IMG/VR virus record: IMGVR_UViG_3300027747_000354 | Span: 1-29,438 of that record | Length of the DNA: 29,438 nt | From: a virus | Taxonomy: Duplodnaviria; Caudoviricetes | Direction: 5' to 3' (one strand) | Shown here: positions 1 through 8,675 of the stretch, one piece after another | How positions within the stretch are numbered: position 1 is the first letter of the stretch | Layout of the letters: each line of letters starts with the position of its first letter | The notes under the pieces: model-generated | The model's database searches: none | Told to the model about the DNA's origin: nothing | The model's input: only the letters and a program-made list of their open reading frames with translations | Position numbers and translations under genes: made by a program

Positions 1-651
1 CCCAATGCAGTTATCGCTAATGGCGATATTTTTGATGGAGCTGGGATCAGCCGCCACCCCCGCATTGGTTGGGCAAAGGCTCCTTCAGTAATGGAAGAAC
101 TGAAAGCCTGCACGATTTGCATGGGCTATATTGAAGAAGCAGCCAAGGAGGCCCGTCACAACGTCAAACTGATCTGGCCTCTGGGTAACCACGATGCGCG
201 GTTTGAGACGTTCCTAGCTGCCAATGCGCCTCAATATGAACACGTTAAGGGTTTTACTTTGCGCGACCACTTCCCAGATTGGGAGCCTTGCTGGGCTGTA
301 TGGCTAAATGACAACACTGTTGTCAAGCACCGATTTAAAGGTGGAATCCACGCTACCCACAACAATGCCATCTGGAGCGGCAAAAATATTGTCACGGGCC
401 ACTTGCACAGCTTAAAATGTACACCTTTTTCTGACTATAATGGCGTAAGATACGGTATTGATACCGGAACATTAGCTGAACCTTATGGCCCACAATTTAA
501 AGACTACACTGAAGAAGGCCCATTGAACTGGCGCTCCGGCTTTGCCGTGCTGACGTTTGTGAATGGCAAACTGATACTTCCCGAACTTGTGACTACACAC
601 GGCCCCGACTCCATTGAGTTCCGAGGCCGCGTAATTAAAGTTACTCAGTAA
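1..651 (+). CDS. Calcineurin-like metallophosphoesterase, 5'-truncated
   Basis: Frame is open from base 1 (PNAVIANGDIFDG...) and joins ORF 91..651. Motifs GDxxD (NGDIFD), GNHD (LGNHDAR) and GHxH (TGHLH) are present in the correct order. Confidence 0.85.
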   Translation, partial: PNAVIANGDIFDGAGISRHPRIGWAKAPSVMEELKACTICMGYIEEAAKEARHNVKLIWPLGNHDARFETFLAANAPQYEHVKGFTLRDHFPDWEPCWAVWLNDNTVVKHRFKGGIHATHNNAIWSGKNIVTGHLHSLKCTPFSDYNGVRYGIDTGTLAEPYGPQFKDYTEEGPLNWRSGFAVLTFVNGKLILPELVTTHGPDSIEFRGRVIKVTQ

Positions 652-847
652 CTTCTTCTTCGGTTTCTTCTTCAGTCTCTTCTTCGCCTTCTTCGTCAAC
701 TTCAACTGCGTCCCAGTTGCCAATCCAGCCAGCTTCTTCCTGAAATTCAACGAATTCTTTCAGAGCTTCGATCATGTCAAAGTCATGAGTTTCAATCGTC
801 ATTTTGCCATCACCCAACCAACCAAGGTTCATTTCAAATTTAAACAT
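641..847 (-). CDS. Small, highly acidic hypothetical protein (68 aa)
   Basis: SD AGGAG 5 nt before the ATG and its own sigma70-like promoter. 25 D/E versus 3 K and 0 R. Fills the gap between + strand genes. Confidence 0.85.
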   Translation of the reverse strand: MFKFEMNLGWLGDGKMTIETHDFDMIEALKEFVEFQEEAGWIGNWDAVEVDEEGEEETEEETEEEVTE

Positions 848-857
848 GTTTGCTCCT

Positions 858-879
858 AACGCAGCGGGATTGCTGCATT
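858..879 (-). promoter_or_regulatory. 5'-terminal mRNA hairpin of the acidic-protein transcript
   Basis: Minus strand AATGCAGC-aatccc-GCTGCGTT (8-bp stem, one G.U pair) lies between the predicted start site and the SD. Confidence 0.5.
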
Positions 880-883
880 TGCT

Positions 884-912
884 ATCCTAAAGGCTAAAAA
901 TGACGTTTACAA
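884..912 (-). promoter_or_regulatory. Sigma70-type promoter for gene 641..847
   Basis: Minus strand TTGTAA (912-907), 17-nt spacer, TAGGAT (889-884). Confidence 0.65.
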
Positions 913-926
913 TACAAACGCCGGGG

Positions 927-955
927 GTGACAAGTAACTTCAATCATGGCACAAT
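927..955 (+). promoter_or_regulatory. Possible sigma70-type promoter for the structural operon
   Basis: GTGACA (927-932), 17-nt spacer, CACAAT (950-955) with a TG extended -10. Divergent from the promoter at 884-912. Confidence 0.35.
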
Positions 956-1021
956 CGCGCTTAACGATAGGGTTGCTCACATCAACACCGCCCTCAGTGT
1001 CCTAACCGCATGAGGTAATCC

Positions 1022-3130
1022 GTGCCTTTAAAAAAGCTTGTCCAGAAAGCCGGTGTAAACAGAGAGAACACTCGCTACACCAATGAAAATGGCTACTTCG
1101 AGTCGGAGAAGGTCCGTTTTCGTCAAGGTACGCCCGAGAAAATTGGCGGCTGGCAACGCATTTCTGGCACAACGTTTCAAGGCGTGTGCCGTTCTTTGTG
1201 GAACTGGATTACGCTTAGCGGGCAGAACCTGCTTGGCGTTGGTACAAACCTGAAGTTTTACATCGAGAATGGTGGGGCATACAACGACATTACTCCGCTG
1301 CGTGTTGTCCCTGCGGCAACGCTGGGCGCAAATCCTTTTGCCACTTCAAACCTGTCCAAGACCGTTGTAGTCACAGACGCTACAGGTGGATGGGTTAACG
1401 GCGACTTTGTGACTTTCAGTGGCGCCACGGCTGTTGGTGGGTTGACCCTGAATGGCGAGTATCAACTCACCACCATCAACACAAGTACAACCACGTATTC
1501 AATTCAGTCGGCTACGGCTGCAACGTCCAATGCTGTAGGCGGAGGTTCCTCTGTTGTAGCTGCATACCAAATCAATGTCGGTATGGCCTATGAAATCCCT
1601 TTGGTTGGTTGGGGCGCGGGCGCTTGGGGTGCAGGAACATGGGGCATTGGCGCGTCAAGCACAACCCAAATGCGTATTTGGAATCAAAGTAACTTTGGGC
1701 AAGATTTAATCTTTGGCCCAAACGGCGGTGGTTTTTATATTTGGAAAGCCAGCACTTCACTGACCACTCGCGGGGTACTGATCTCCAGCCTTGGCGGCGC
1801 AGTGACATTTACAAGCGCAAGCCCCACAGTGGTTACAGCTACTACAACATTTGCTGCTGGGACGCCTATGCAGTTTTCCGCAAGCGGCTCCTTGCCCACT
1901 GGTGTATCTGCGGCCACCACTTACTACGTGGCAAACCCAAGCGGGCTGACATTCAATATTGCTAATAGCTCTGGCACTTTGATTAATACATCTTCAACGG
2001 GCAGTGGGGTGTCCATCTCTTTGCTGGTAGATGTGCCGCTTTACCAAAACCTACTGTTGGTATCGGACGCCTCGCGGTTTACGTTTGCGTTTGGAACCAA
2101 TGATTACGGCAGCAGCGTTTTGAACCCCATGTTGATCCGGTGGTCCGACCAAGAAGATTATTTAAACTGGACTCCATCTGCTACAAACCAAGCGGGCAGT
2201 TTGCTTTTGTCGCACGGCTCTAAGATTGTTGCTGTATTGCAGTCTCGCCAAGAAATCTTGGTTTACACGGATTCGTCTTTGTATTCCTTGCAATACTCTG
2301 GCCCGCCAGCGGTTTGGGGTTCGCAGTTGCTTGGAGATAATTTGTCGCTTGCGGGCCCGAATGCCGTAGCTTTGGCTTCAGGCGTTGCGTATTGGATGGG
2401 CGTAGACAAGTTCTACAAATACGATGGCCGAGTTCAAACCTTGCGCTGCGACTTGCGTCAGTTTATTTACAACGACATTAACTTATCCCAAGCTGCGCAG
2501 TTCTTTGCCACAACCAACGAAGGGTTTAACGAGGTTTGGTTCTTTTACTGCTCTGCTAATTCGATTGCAATCGATAAGTATGTAATCTACAACTACTTTG
2601 AAAACAACGGCGAAGGCGTTTGGTCTTATGGCACGCTGGGCCGTACCGCGTGGCTGGATTCTGGTTTGCGCAACTACCCGCTGGCTGCAACGTACAACTA
2701 CAATGTGGTCAACCATGAATACGGTGTGGACGACAATGAAACCGACACCACACTGCCTATTTACGCCATGATTTCCACGGCTGAATTTGACATTGATGAC
2801 GGTGACCGGTTTGGTTTTGTACGCCGTATTTTGCCGGACGTTACGTTTGCTGGCTCTACAACAACCAACCCACAAGTTACATTGACTTTGACCCCTATGC
2901 AAAACTCTGGCTCGGGGTACAACAACCCACAGTCTGTTGGGGGCGACGCAAGCGCCTTGATTACCCGCTCGGCCACAGTCCCAATCGAAGCCTTCACGGG
3001 GCAGGTGTTTATTCGCGTACGTGGGCGTCAAATGATTTTGACCATGAGTTCCAATCAAATTGGCTGCACATGGCAGATGGGTTCTCATCGTTTGGACATC
3101 CGCCAAGATGGCGGCAGAGGTAACACATGA
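1022..3130 (+). CDS. Virion structural protein, probable podoviral tail nozzle/packaged-DNA stabilisation protein (702 aa)
   Basis: GTG start with GAGGT SD. Beta-rich and aromatic-rich, with a propeller-like IRWSDQED segment. Sits directly upstream of the cargo genes, as P22 gp10 and T7 gp12 do. Contains two T/S/A-rich inserted modules. Confidence 0.65.
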   Translation: MPLKKLVQKAGVNRENTRYTNENGYFESEKVRFRQGTPEKIGGWQRISGTTFQGVCRSLWNWITLSGQNLLGVGTNLKFYIENGGAYNDITPLRVVPAATLGANPFATSNLSKTVVVTDATGGWVNGDFVTFSGATAVGGLTLNGEYQLTTINTSTTTYSIQSATAATSNAVGGGSSVVAAYQINVGMAYEIPLVGWGAGAWGAGTWGIGASSTTQMRIWNQSNFGQDLIFGPNGGGFYIWKASTSLTTRGVLISSLGGAVTFTSASPTVVTATTTFAAGTPMQFSASGSLPTGVSAATTYYVANPSGLTFNIANSSGTLINTSSTGSGVSISLLVDVPLYQNLLLVSDASRFTFAFGTNDYGSSVLNPMLIRWSDQEDYLNWTPSATNQAGSLLLSHGSKIVAVLQSRQEILVYTDSSLYSLQYSGPPAVWGSQLLGDNLSLAGPNAVALASGVAYWMGVDKFYKYDGRVQTLRCDLRQFIYNDINLSQAAQFFATTNEGFNEVWFFYCSANSIAIDKYVIYNYFENNGEGVWSYGTLGRTAWLDSGLRNYPLAATYNYNVVNHEYGVDDNETDTTLPIYAMISTAEFDIDDGDRFGFVRRILPDVTFAGSTTTNPQVTLTLTPMQNSGSGYNNPQSVGGDASALITRSATVPIEAFTGQVFIRVRGRQMILTMSSNQIGCTWQMGSHRLDIRQDGGRGNT

Positions 3131-3381
3131 GCTTATTTTCTACGGCCACACCGCCCCGCCTGCCATCTGCGCCAGCAGTTTATAGCGAGCCGTATATGTC
3201 GGGGTTCATTAACGTGTTGTATTTGTTTTTCCAACAGGTTAATGCCGTTCAGCCGATTAACATTGCTAAGCTGAACATTGATTTAAACACGCTGCCCACG
3301 CAGGCCAGCCTTGCCACGCTCCGATCAGGCGACGTGTATCGGGACACGACCGCAGGCAACGTATTGAAAGTGAAGGTCTGA
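3127..3381 (+). CDS. Small virion-associated hypothetical protein (84 aa)
   Basis: ATGA overlap with the upstream gene. PRLPSAPAVY N-terminus and GDVYRD...LKVKV C-terminus. Confidence 0.75.
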   Translation: MSLFSTATPPRLPSAPAVYSEPYMSGFINVLYLFFQQVNAVQPINIAKLNIDLNTLPTQASLATLRSGDVYRDTTAGNVLKVKV

Positions 3382-3382
3382 T

Positions 3383-4927
3383 ATGGCTAAAACCGTAGTT
3401 ACGCCAGTTAAGCAAAATACACCTGCGTCTAAATTTTCTTCTTTGGACACCACAAAACTTACGCCATTTACTGTGGATGAAGGTTATGACAATGAACTTG
3501 GTGCGCATACTTACCACACTGAATACAAGGATGCCGCAGGCAATGTAATTAGAAAAAATGTTTCCGTTGAAGCCAATGAAAATACTGACCCCGTATATAC
3601 CTCAACATATACGGCGCCATTAAAAGTAGGCAATCAAACGTTTAATGCACAGTATGGAGAAGATGGAAATTTTCAAGTTGGTTACGGTAAAGAGTTTTAT
3701 CAAAATGGGCATCATTGGCTACCAGTTTTAGACGCGCAAGGAAATGTCAGTTACACAAATAATGACCAACATGATGGGTTTGGCGATTTTGCAAAGATGG
3801 TTGCATTGTCTGCCCTGACTGCTGGCGTTGGTAGTGCATTTGGTGGTGCATCTGGTTTGGGTCAGAGCTTGTATGGATTGTCTGGCACAGCAGGTCAAAT
3901 TGCAGGTGGTGCTACGCTTGGCGCAGGTAGGGCCGCAATATCTGGCGGGGATATTCTTAGAGGCGCACTAACCGGAGGGATTGGCGGCGCGGGCAACTTG
4001 GGTATTGGGGATACTGGGTTTACCGTTGGGCAAGCCATGACTGCCGTAAACGCTTTAAAAGCAGCGGAAAAAGGCGATTGGATGAACGCCATCACCGGCG
4101 CAGCAAGTTTGTCCGGGGCTGGAAGTACACAAATTGGCGATACGGGCTACACGCTGGGTGATCTGGCTAAAAATGCAAAGCTGGCGCAGTCTATTTTGTC
4201 AAGTAAAGGTAACTTGCAATCTGTCCTTAGCGCAATTACAAGTGTTGCAGGCCCCGCAAACAAAGACATTATTCAAAGCCTAACTGATGCGGGCATGTCT
4301 GGACCGCAAGCAAAAGATTTTATTGAGGGTTACTTTGCACCCGGCGGAGAAGGGTACGTTGATTCTGGAAATAATCCCGCAGGAGGGTTTACAAGTCAAT
4401 GGCAGACTTCTGGCTCAGACAGAATTATGATTCAAGACGATGGCTCAGCCATTGCAATTAATGAGAATGGTGATCCTTACTCGTTAACTAAAGAACAAGT
4501 TGACCAGATGGTTAATAACGGTCAACTGAACACCGCCGCTTCAGGTTACGTTGCGGCAACAGGAGGGACTGGCAACACTCCCGGCGGAACTAGAACTGCC
4601 GCAACACAAACACCTGCTGGCGGGACAAGAACCGCTGCCACACAAACCCCTGCTGGCGGAACAGCAAACCCTGCGGCCAGCACGTCCGGCACATCATCTT
4701 CGCCAACTGCAACAAGGATTGGCTTAGACCCGTTGGATGTTCTGAAGATGAAGAATGATGTGGCGCACATAAAATCACTGGAAGAGCTGTTTGGTGGTAA
4801 CATTTACGCCCATACGCCTGCTTCCTCGGCGCAAGACCAAACCGATGTTGTTGAAGCTGCAACAGGCGGTCAAATTTATTCGGGCGGCGGTGACATCCAC
4901 GCTCTTTTGCAATTACTGAGGAGCTGA
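3383..4927 (+). CDS. Putative internal virion protein (514 aa), Gly/Thr/Ala-rich
   Basis: Long ORF tightly packed in the operon. Glycine-zipper-like hydrophobic middle, internal repeats, C-terminal AATGG/YSGGG motifs. Confidence 0.65.
   Translation: MAKTVVTPVKQNTPASKFSSLDTTKLTPFTVDEGYDNELGAHTYHTEYKDAAGNVIRKNVSVEANENTDPVYTSTYTAPLKVGNQTFNAQYGEDGNFQVGYGKEFYQNGHHWLPVLDAQGNVSYTNNDQHDGFGDFAKMVALSALTAGVGSAFGGASGLGQSLYGLSGTAGQIAGGATLGAGRAAISGGDILRGALTGGIGGAGNLGIGDTGFTVGQAMTAVNALKAAEKGDWMNAITGAASLSGAGSTQIGDTGYTLGDLAKNAKLAQSILSSKGNLQSVLSAITSVAGPANKDIIQSLTDAGMSGPQAKDFIEGYFAPGGEGYVDSGNNPAGGFTSQWQTSGSDRIMIQDDGSAIAINENGDPYSLTKEQVDQMVNNGQLNTAASGYVAATGGTGNTPGGTRTAATQTPAGGTRTAATQTPAGGTANPAASTSGTSSSPTATRIGLDPLDVLKMKNDVAHIKSLEELFGGNIYAHTPASSAQDQTDVVEAATGGQIYSGGGDIHALLQLLRS
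4583..4663 (+). repeat. 36-bp coding tandem repeat, GGTRTAATQTPA x2 plus GGT
   Basis: Units at 4583-4618 and 4619-4654 encode an identical peptide with 6 synonymous differences. Confidence 0.9.
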
Positions 4928-4928
4928 T

Positions 4929-7900
4929 ATGGCTGATTACGGTTATGGTGCTGAAGATGATAGCGGCGTGGATTACGGCAATAATCCACCCATAGATACC
5001 AATATTGATTATGGGTATAGCACCGTAATTAATGGTGTTACATATACTAAAGACAAAGATGGCAATTGGACGTATGAAGACAGCGGCGGCAATATCCAAC
5101 CTATTAGCCAAACTGCTGTTAATAATTTGACAAATACTGCCAACCAAACAAGTAACTCTATTTTTCAAGCCAAACTAAAAGACCCATCGTTTGTTAAAAA
5201 AATTAACGACGCCCTTGGTACAAATTTTAGTGTTGCTGACCTGTTAAAAATAGGAGCGGCTGGTATAGGCGGTATTGCTGGCGCTATGAGTGCTGGTACT
5301 GCAACAACTAAGCCTACGGGCTATCAAGGCGGCATTCCAGATTTGGTGGCTACTCAGCCTATGCTGACTGAGCCTCCTCCCGGTCGTCGTCCCGGCTCGG
5401 GCGGTATCAACTACGGCACAGGCGTGCAGTACAAAGACTCCAAAGGAAACATTGTTTCCGACACGTCTACGCCAATTGCCGATCTATACCGCAAGGCTAC
5501 GCAAGAAGGAACGTACAACGAGTGGAACCACAAATATGGCGATATTCCAAAACCCACCGCAAGTGCCGGTATAAATAATTTAGTAGGCGGTAATACGAGC
5601 GGTACAAATACGTCTGCTGTAATTGACGCTTTAAGAAAAGCGTTGGCTGCAAGTACTGGCTCCACAACCAATACGGGTGGAGGTATTCAAAATTCCGCCT
5701 CTAATACAGCTACATACGGCAACGATCCAACTCGCCCTTGGGAATCAAAAGCGGCCTCCGACACATCAATCAAATCAATTCAAGATGAGCTTGAGGCATT
5801 AAGCCGTACGCCCGGTACGCAAGCTCAACGTCAAGCCGTGCTGGACAATTACTTAAAGACAACAAAATACACCCCGGCACAATTGGCGGCGGCATCTAAT
5901 GGCCAGTGGGGCGTTGCTGATCTTACAAAATTAATGGCTGGCAACCCCGTGCTAAAACAGGCATCTAATGCTCCTGCTGGCGGCTCTAACACTCCTTCAA
6001 CAAGTTCGGACAAAAAACCCGAGTTTGTTGTTGGTGGTGGTGGTGCGGGAGGCGAGTACGGCTCATTTGGCAGCAAAGAAGCTTACGATAAAGCTGTAGC
6101 CGATGAGACTGCGCGTAAAAAAGCAGAACAGGCTAAATTAGATGCGTTTCATATCCCTCCTAGTTCTCCATTCTACAAATACGCACAAGACCCTTCGTTA
6201 ATTCCGCATTTTTATAATGAGTCCGATGCCGATGCGTTAAATCGTATGAAGAAAAATGCAATGGAGATGGCTATTACGCAGTCTGGCCGTGATGTTGGTA
6301 TGTCAAAAGTTATACCGGGCGTACAATTTACCATTGGCGGTGGTGATCTTTTTGACGCAAACCACAATGTAATTCCACCGGGGCCAAACGATACCAATAC
6401 AGTGGTCACTCTTGCTGATGGCACATCACGTTACGTCACCAAACCCGAAGCCGCACAACGGGAAAAACTGCTGCAGCAATACATGTATGACCAAGGCTAC
6501 AACGTAGATCCAAGTCATCCTTGGAATGTGGCATCTACTGACACCGGAACGCACACCGCCCAAGATGCGTTAGCCAAGTTGAATCAAACAACAGGCACGC
6601 CTGCCGAGCGTCAAGCTGCACTTACCAACTTTTTGAAGACCACGACCTTTACGCCTGAGCAATTGTCTGCGGCGTCAAATGGTCAATGGTCAGTCAAAGA
6701 TTTGCGAGACCAAATGTCTGGCAATCCAGTGTTGAGCCAAACAGATATAAATCGTCCAGATGATCCAACTAAGGGATCAACATCCACGCTTGAAGATATG
6801 GCAAAAGCCAGAGCAAAAATATCTTCGCTTGGCATGAATGTCAGCGACATGGGCGGCGGCATGGGTGACATTGCGCCAACCAAAAGCAATTTCACTCCAG
6901 CAGCACCTACCGCTGCTGGCTTGGCCGCCTTGGCCGGGCAGATTAGCACACCAATGACTGGCGTTTCAACGGCTGGAATTCCAAAGACGGGCATTCAAGA
7001 GCTTGATCCAAACAGCATTTATCAAAACCCCGGTTCTCGTTCGTTAACACGAGAAGACGAAGATCAAATGAAAATATTTGATGACATGCGCAATGGAAAG
7101 TCCCCAACGCTTGACCCAAAAGATTTGTACCAAAACCCCGGCGATCCCGGTTTATCAAACTTTGATGATCCAAATCAAGCCCAAACTTTTGTTTCTTACC
7201 CGCAACAGGATGAGCGCACGGGCTATGACGATCCAAACAGTGGTTATAAAAATCCCGGCACGCCTAATGCGCCAATTGACGAATACAACCCAAATGATTA
7301 TTTTTATTCAGGCGGCGCAAAACAAGGCGGATTAATTAAAAGACATGCTGAGGGCGGCTTGACCAATCTTGACCACGGCGGGTTTGTTATCCCTGCTGAT
7401 GTTGTATCTCATTTTGGTAACGGTAGCAGCAGTGCAGGTTTGGAGCTTCTGGCTCAAAAAATGGGCGCCACACCAATCAAAGGCGCAGGCGACGGCATGA
7501 GTGATTCTATTCCCGCTGCAATTGATGGCCGCGAGAAGGCACTTGTTGCCAACGATGAGGCTTATCTCTCCCCTCAAATGGTAGAGCGTTTAGGAAATGG
7601 TGATATGGATGCAGGCTCACAAAAACTTGCTCAAATGATGGAACAAATCCGTCGAGCGCGTACAGGCAACAAAGAGCAGGGTAAGCAGATTAACCCCAAC
7701 AACTTTATGCCCGGCGGCATGGTTGGCTATGCACAAGGCGGCGGCATTAAGAGCTACGCAGGAACGACTGACCCAACAAGTTCTTTGGTTCAAGCTGGCG
7801 TGACTGGTACAGAGCAAAACCTGTCCAACTATGCTGGCCCCGAAATTACTAAAATGTTGGGTCAAGCAAAAGCTTTGGCTAACACGCCATATCAAGCGTA

Positions 7901-8666
7901 CACAGGCCCATTGACTGCTGGCGCTTCTGGCTTGCAGAACCTTGCGTTTCAGAATGCAGGCAACTTGGCTCCTAACGGTGGCATGACAACGGACTTTGCA
8001 CAGCAAGCTGGCAACATGAACTACACCCCAACGACTTCGTCGTTTAACGAGGGGTTTGCCCAGCAGTACATGAACCCGTACTTGCAGGCGTCGCTTAATC
8101 CGCAGTTGGATGAGGCTCGTCGTCAGTCTGAAATAACCCAACAGCAAAACAACGCGGCCATGACCAAAGCTGGTGCGTTTGGTGGCGGTCGTCAAGCCAT
8201 CTTGACTTCTGAAAACCAGCGCAACTTGGGTACAAATCAGGCCAACATTACGGGCGCTGGATACAACACCGCGTATGACAAAGCAATGGCTCAGTTCAAC
8301 GCTGACCAGAATCGTCAGATGCAGGAAAACCAATTTGTTAACACAAGCAAACTTGCAGGATTGAATACCGGGATTAGTGGGTTAAGTACAGCCAACCAGA
8401 TGGGTATTAACAACCTAAAAACTCAAGCAGATTTGGGCTTGACGCAGCGCGGCATTGAGTCCGAAGGCATTGCGGCAGACAAGGCGCAGTTTGAGGAGGC
8501 TCGTAAAGACCCATACTCTAAGTTGCAGTATCTGCAATCAATGTTCAACGGCCTACCAATTACGTCTCAGAACTACACCATGTCTCAGCCTAACGCTTTG
8601 CAAGGAGCGGCGGGCGGTGCAAAAACACTTGTTGATTTACTTAAAGCTCTTGGTATTGGTACCTAA
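4929..8666 (+). CDS. Putative DNA ejection/internal virion protein (1245 aa)
   Basis: Low-complexity N-half with a ~79-aa duplication. Central GDGMSDSIPA / FVIPADVV..GNG module resembles the GPGTGTSDSIPA...GEFV module of tape-measure and ejection proteins. Q/N/A-rich helical C-terminus with YMNPY...GAFGGGRQ. Confidence 0.7.
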   Translation: MADYGYGAEDDSGVDYGNNPPIDTNIDYGYSTVINGVTYTKDKDGNWTYEDSGGNIQPISQTAVNNLTNTANQTSNSIFQAKLKDPSFVKKINDALGTNFSVADLLKIGAAGIGGIAGAMSAGTATTKPTGYQGGIPDLVATQPMLTEPPPGRRPGSGGINYGTGVQYKDSKGNIVSDTSTPIADLYRKATQEGTYNEWNHKYGDIPKPTASAGINNLVGGNTSGTNTSAVIDALRKALAASTGSTTNTGGGIQNSASNTATYGNDPTRPWESKAASDTSIKSIQDELEALSRTPGTQAQRQAVLDNYLKTTKYTPAQLAAASNGQWGVADLTKLMAGNPVLKQASNAPAGGSNTPSTSSDKKPEFVVGGGGAGGEYGSFGSKEAYDKAVADETARKKAEQAKLDAFHIPPSSPFYKYAQDPSLIPHFYNESDADALNRMKKNAMEMAITQSGRDVGMSKVIPGVQFTIGGGDLFDANHNVIPPGPNDTNTVVTLADGTSRYVTKPEAAQREKLLQQYMYDQGYNVDPSHPWNVASTDTGTHTAQDALAKLNQTTGTPAERQAALTNFLKTTTFTPEQLSAASNGQWSVKDLRDQMSGNPVLSQTDINRPDDPTKGSTSTLEDMAKARAKISSLGMNVSDMGGGMGDIAPTKSNFTPAAPTAAGLAALAGQISTPMTGVSTAGIPKTGIQELDPNSIYQNPGSRSLTREDEDQMKIFDDMRNGKSPTLDPKDLYQNPGDPGLSNFDDPNQAQTFVSYPQQDERTGYDDPNSGYKNPGTPNAPIDEYNPNDYFYSGGAKQGGLIKRHAEGGLTNLDHGGFVIPADVVSHFGNGSSSAGLELLAQKMGATPIKGAGDGMSDSIPAAIDGREKALVANDEAYLSPQMVERLGNGDMDAGSQKLAQMMEQIRRARTGNKEQGKQINPNNFMPGGMVGYAQGGGIKSYAGTTDPTSSLVQAGVTGTEQNLSNYAGPEITKMLGQAKALANTPYQAYTGPLTAGASGLQNLAFQNAGNLAPNGGMTTDFAQQAGNMNYTPTTSSFNEGFAQQYMNPYLQASLNPQLDEARRQSEITQQQNNAAMTKAGAFGGGRQAILTSENQRNLGTNQANITGAGYNTAYDKAMAQFNADQNRQMQENQFVNTSKLAGLNTGISGLSTANQMGINNLKTQADLGLTQRGIESEGIAADKAQFEEARKDPYSKLQYLQSMFNGLPITSQNYTMSQPNALQGAAGGAKTLVDLLKALGIGT
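5724..6740 (+). repeat. Dispersed ~79-aa internal duplication (5724-5960 and 6507-6740)
   Basis: DPTRPW...RQAVLDNYLKTTKYTPAQLAAASNGQWGVADL...GNPVLKQ versus DPSHPW...RQAALTNFLKTTTFTPEQLSAASNGQWSVKDL...GNPVLSQ. Confidence 0.9.
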
Positions 8667-8675
8667 GGACAAATC

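Noticed and set aside
647-941. AGTAACTTC direct repeat (647-655, 933-941) as a target-site duplication
   Set aside because: Only 9 bp, plausible by chance, the gene's stop lies outside it, and no transposase or terminal repeats are present.
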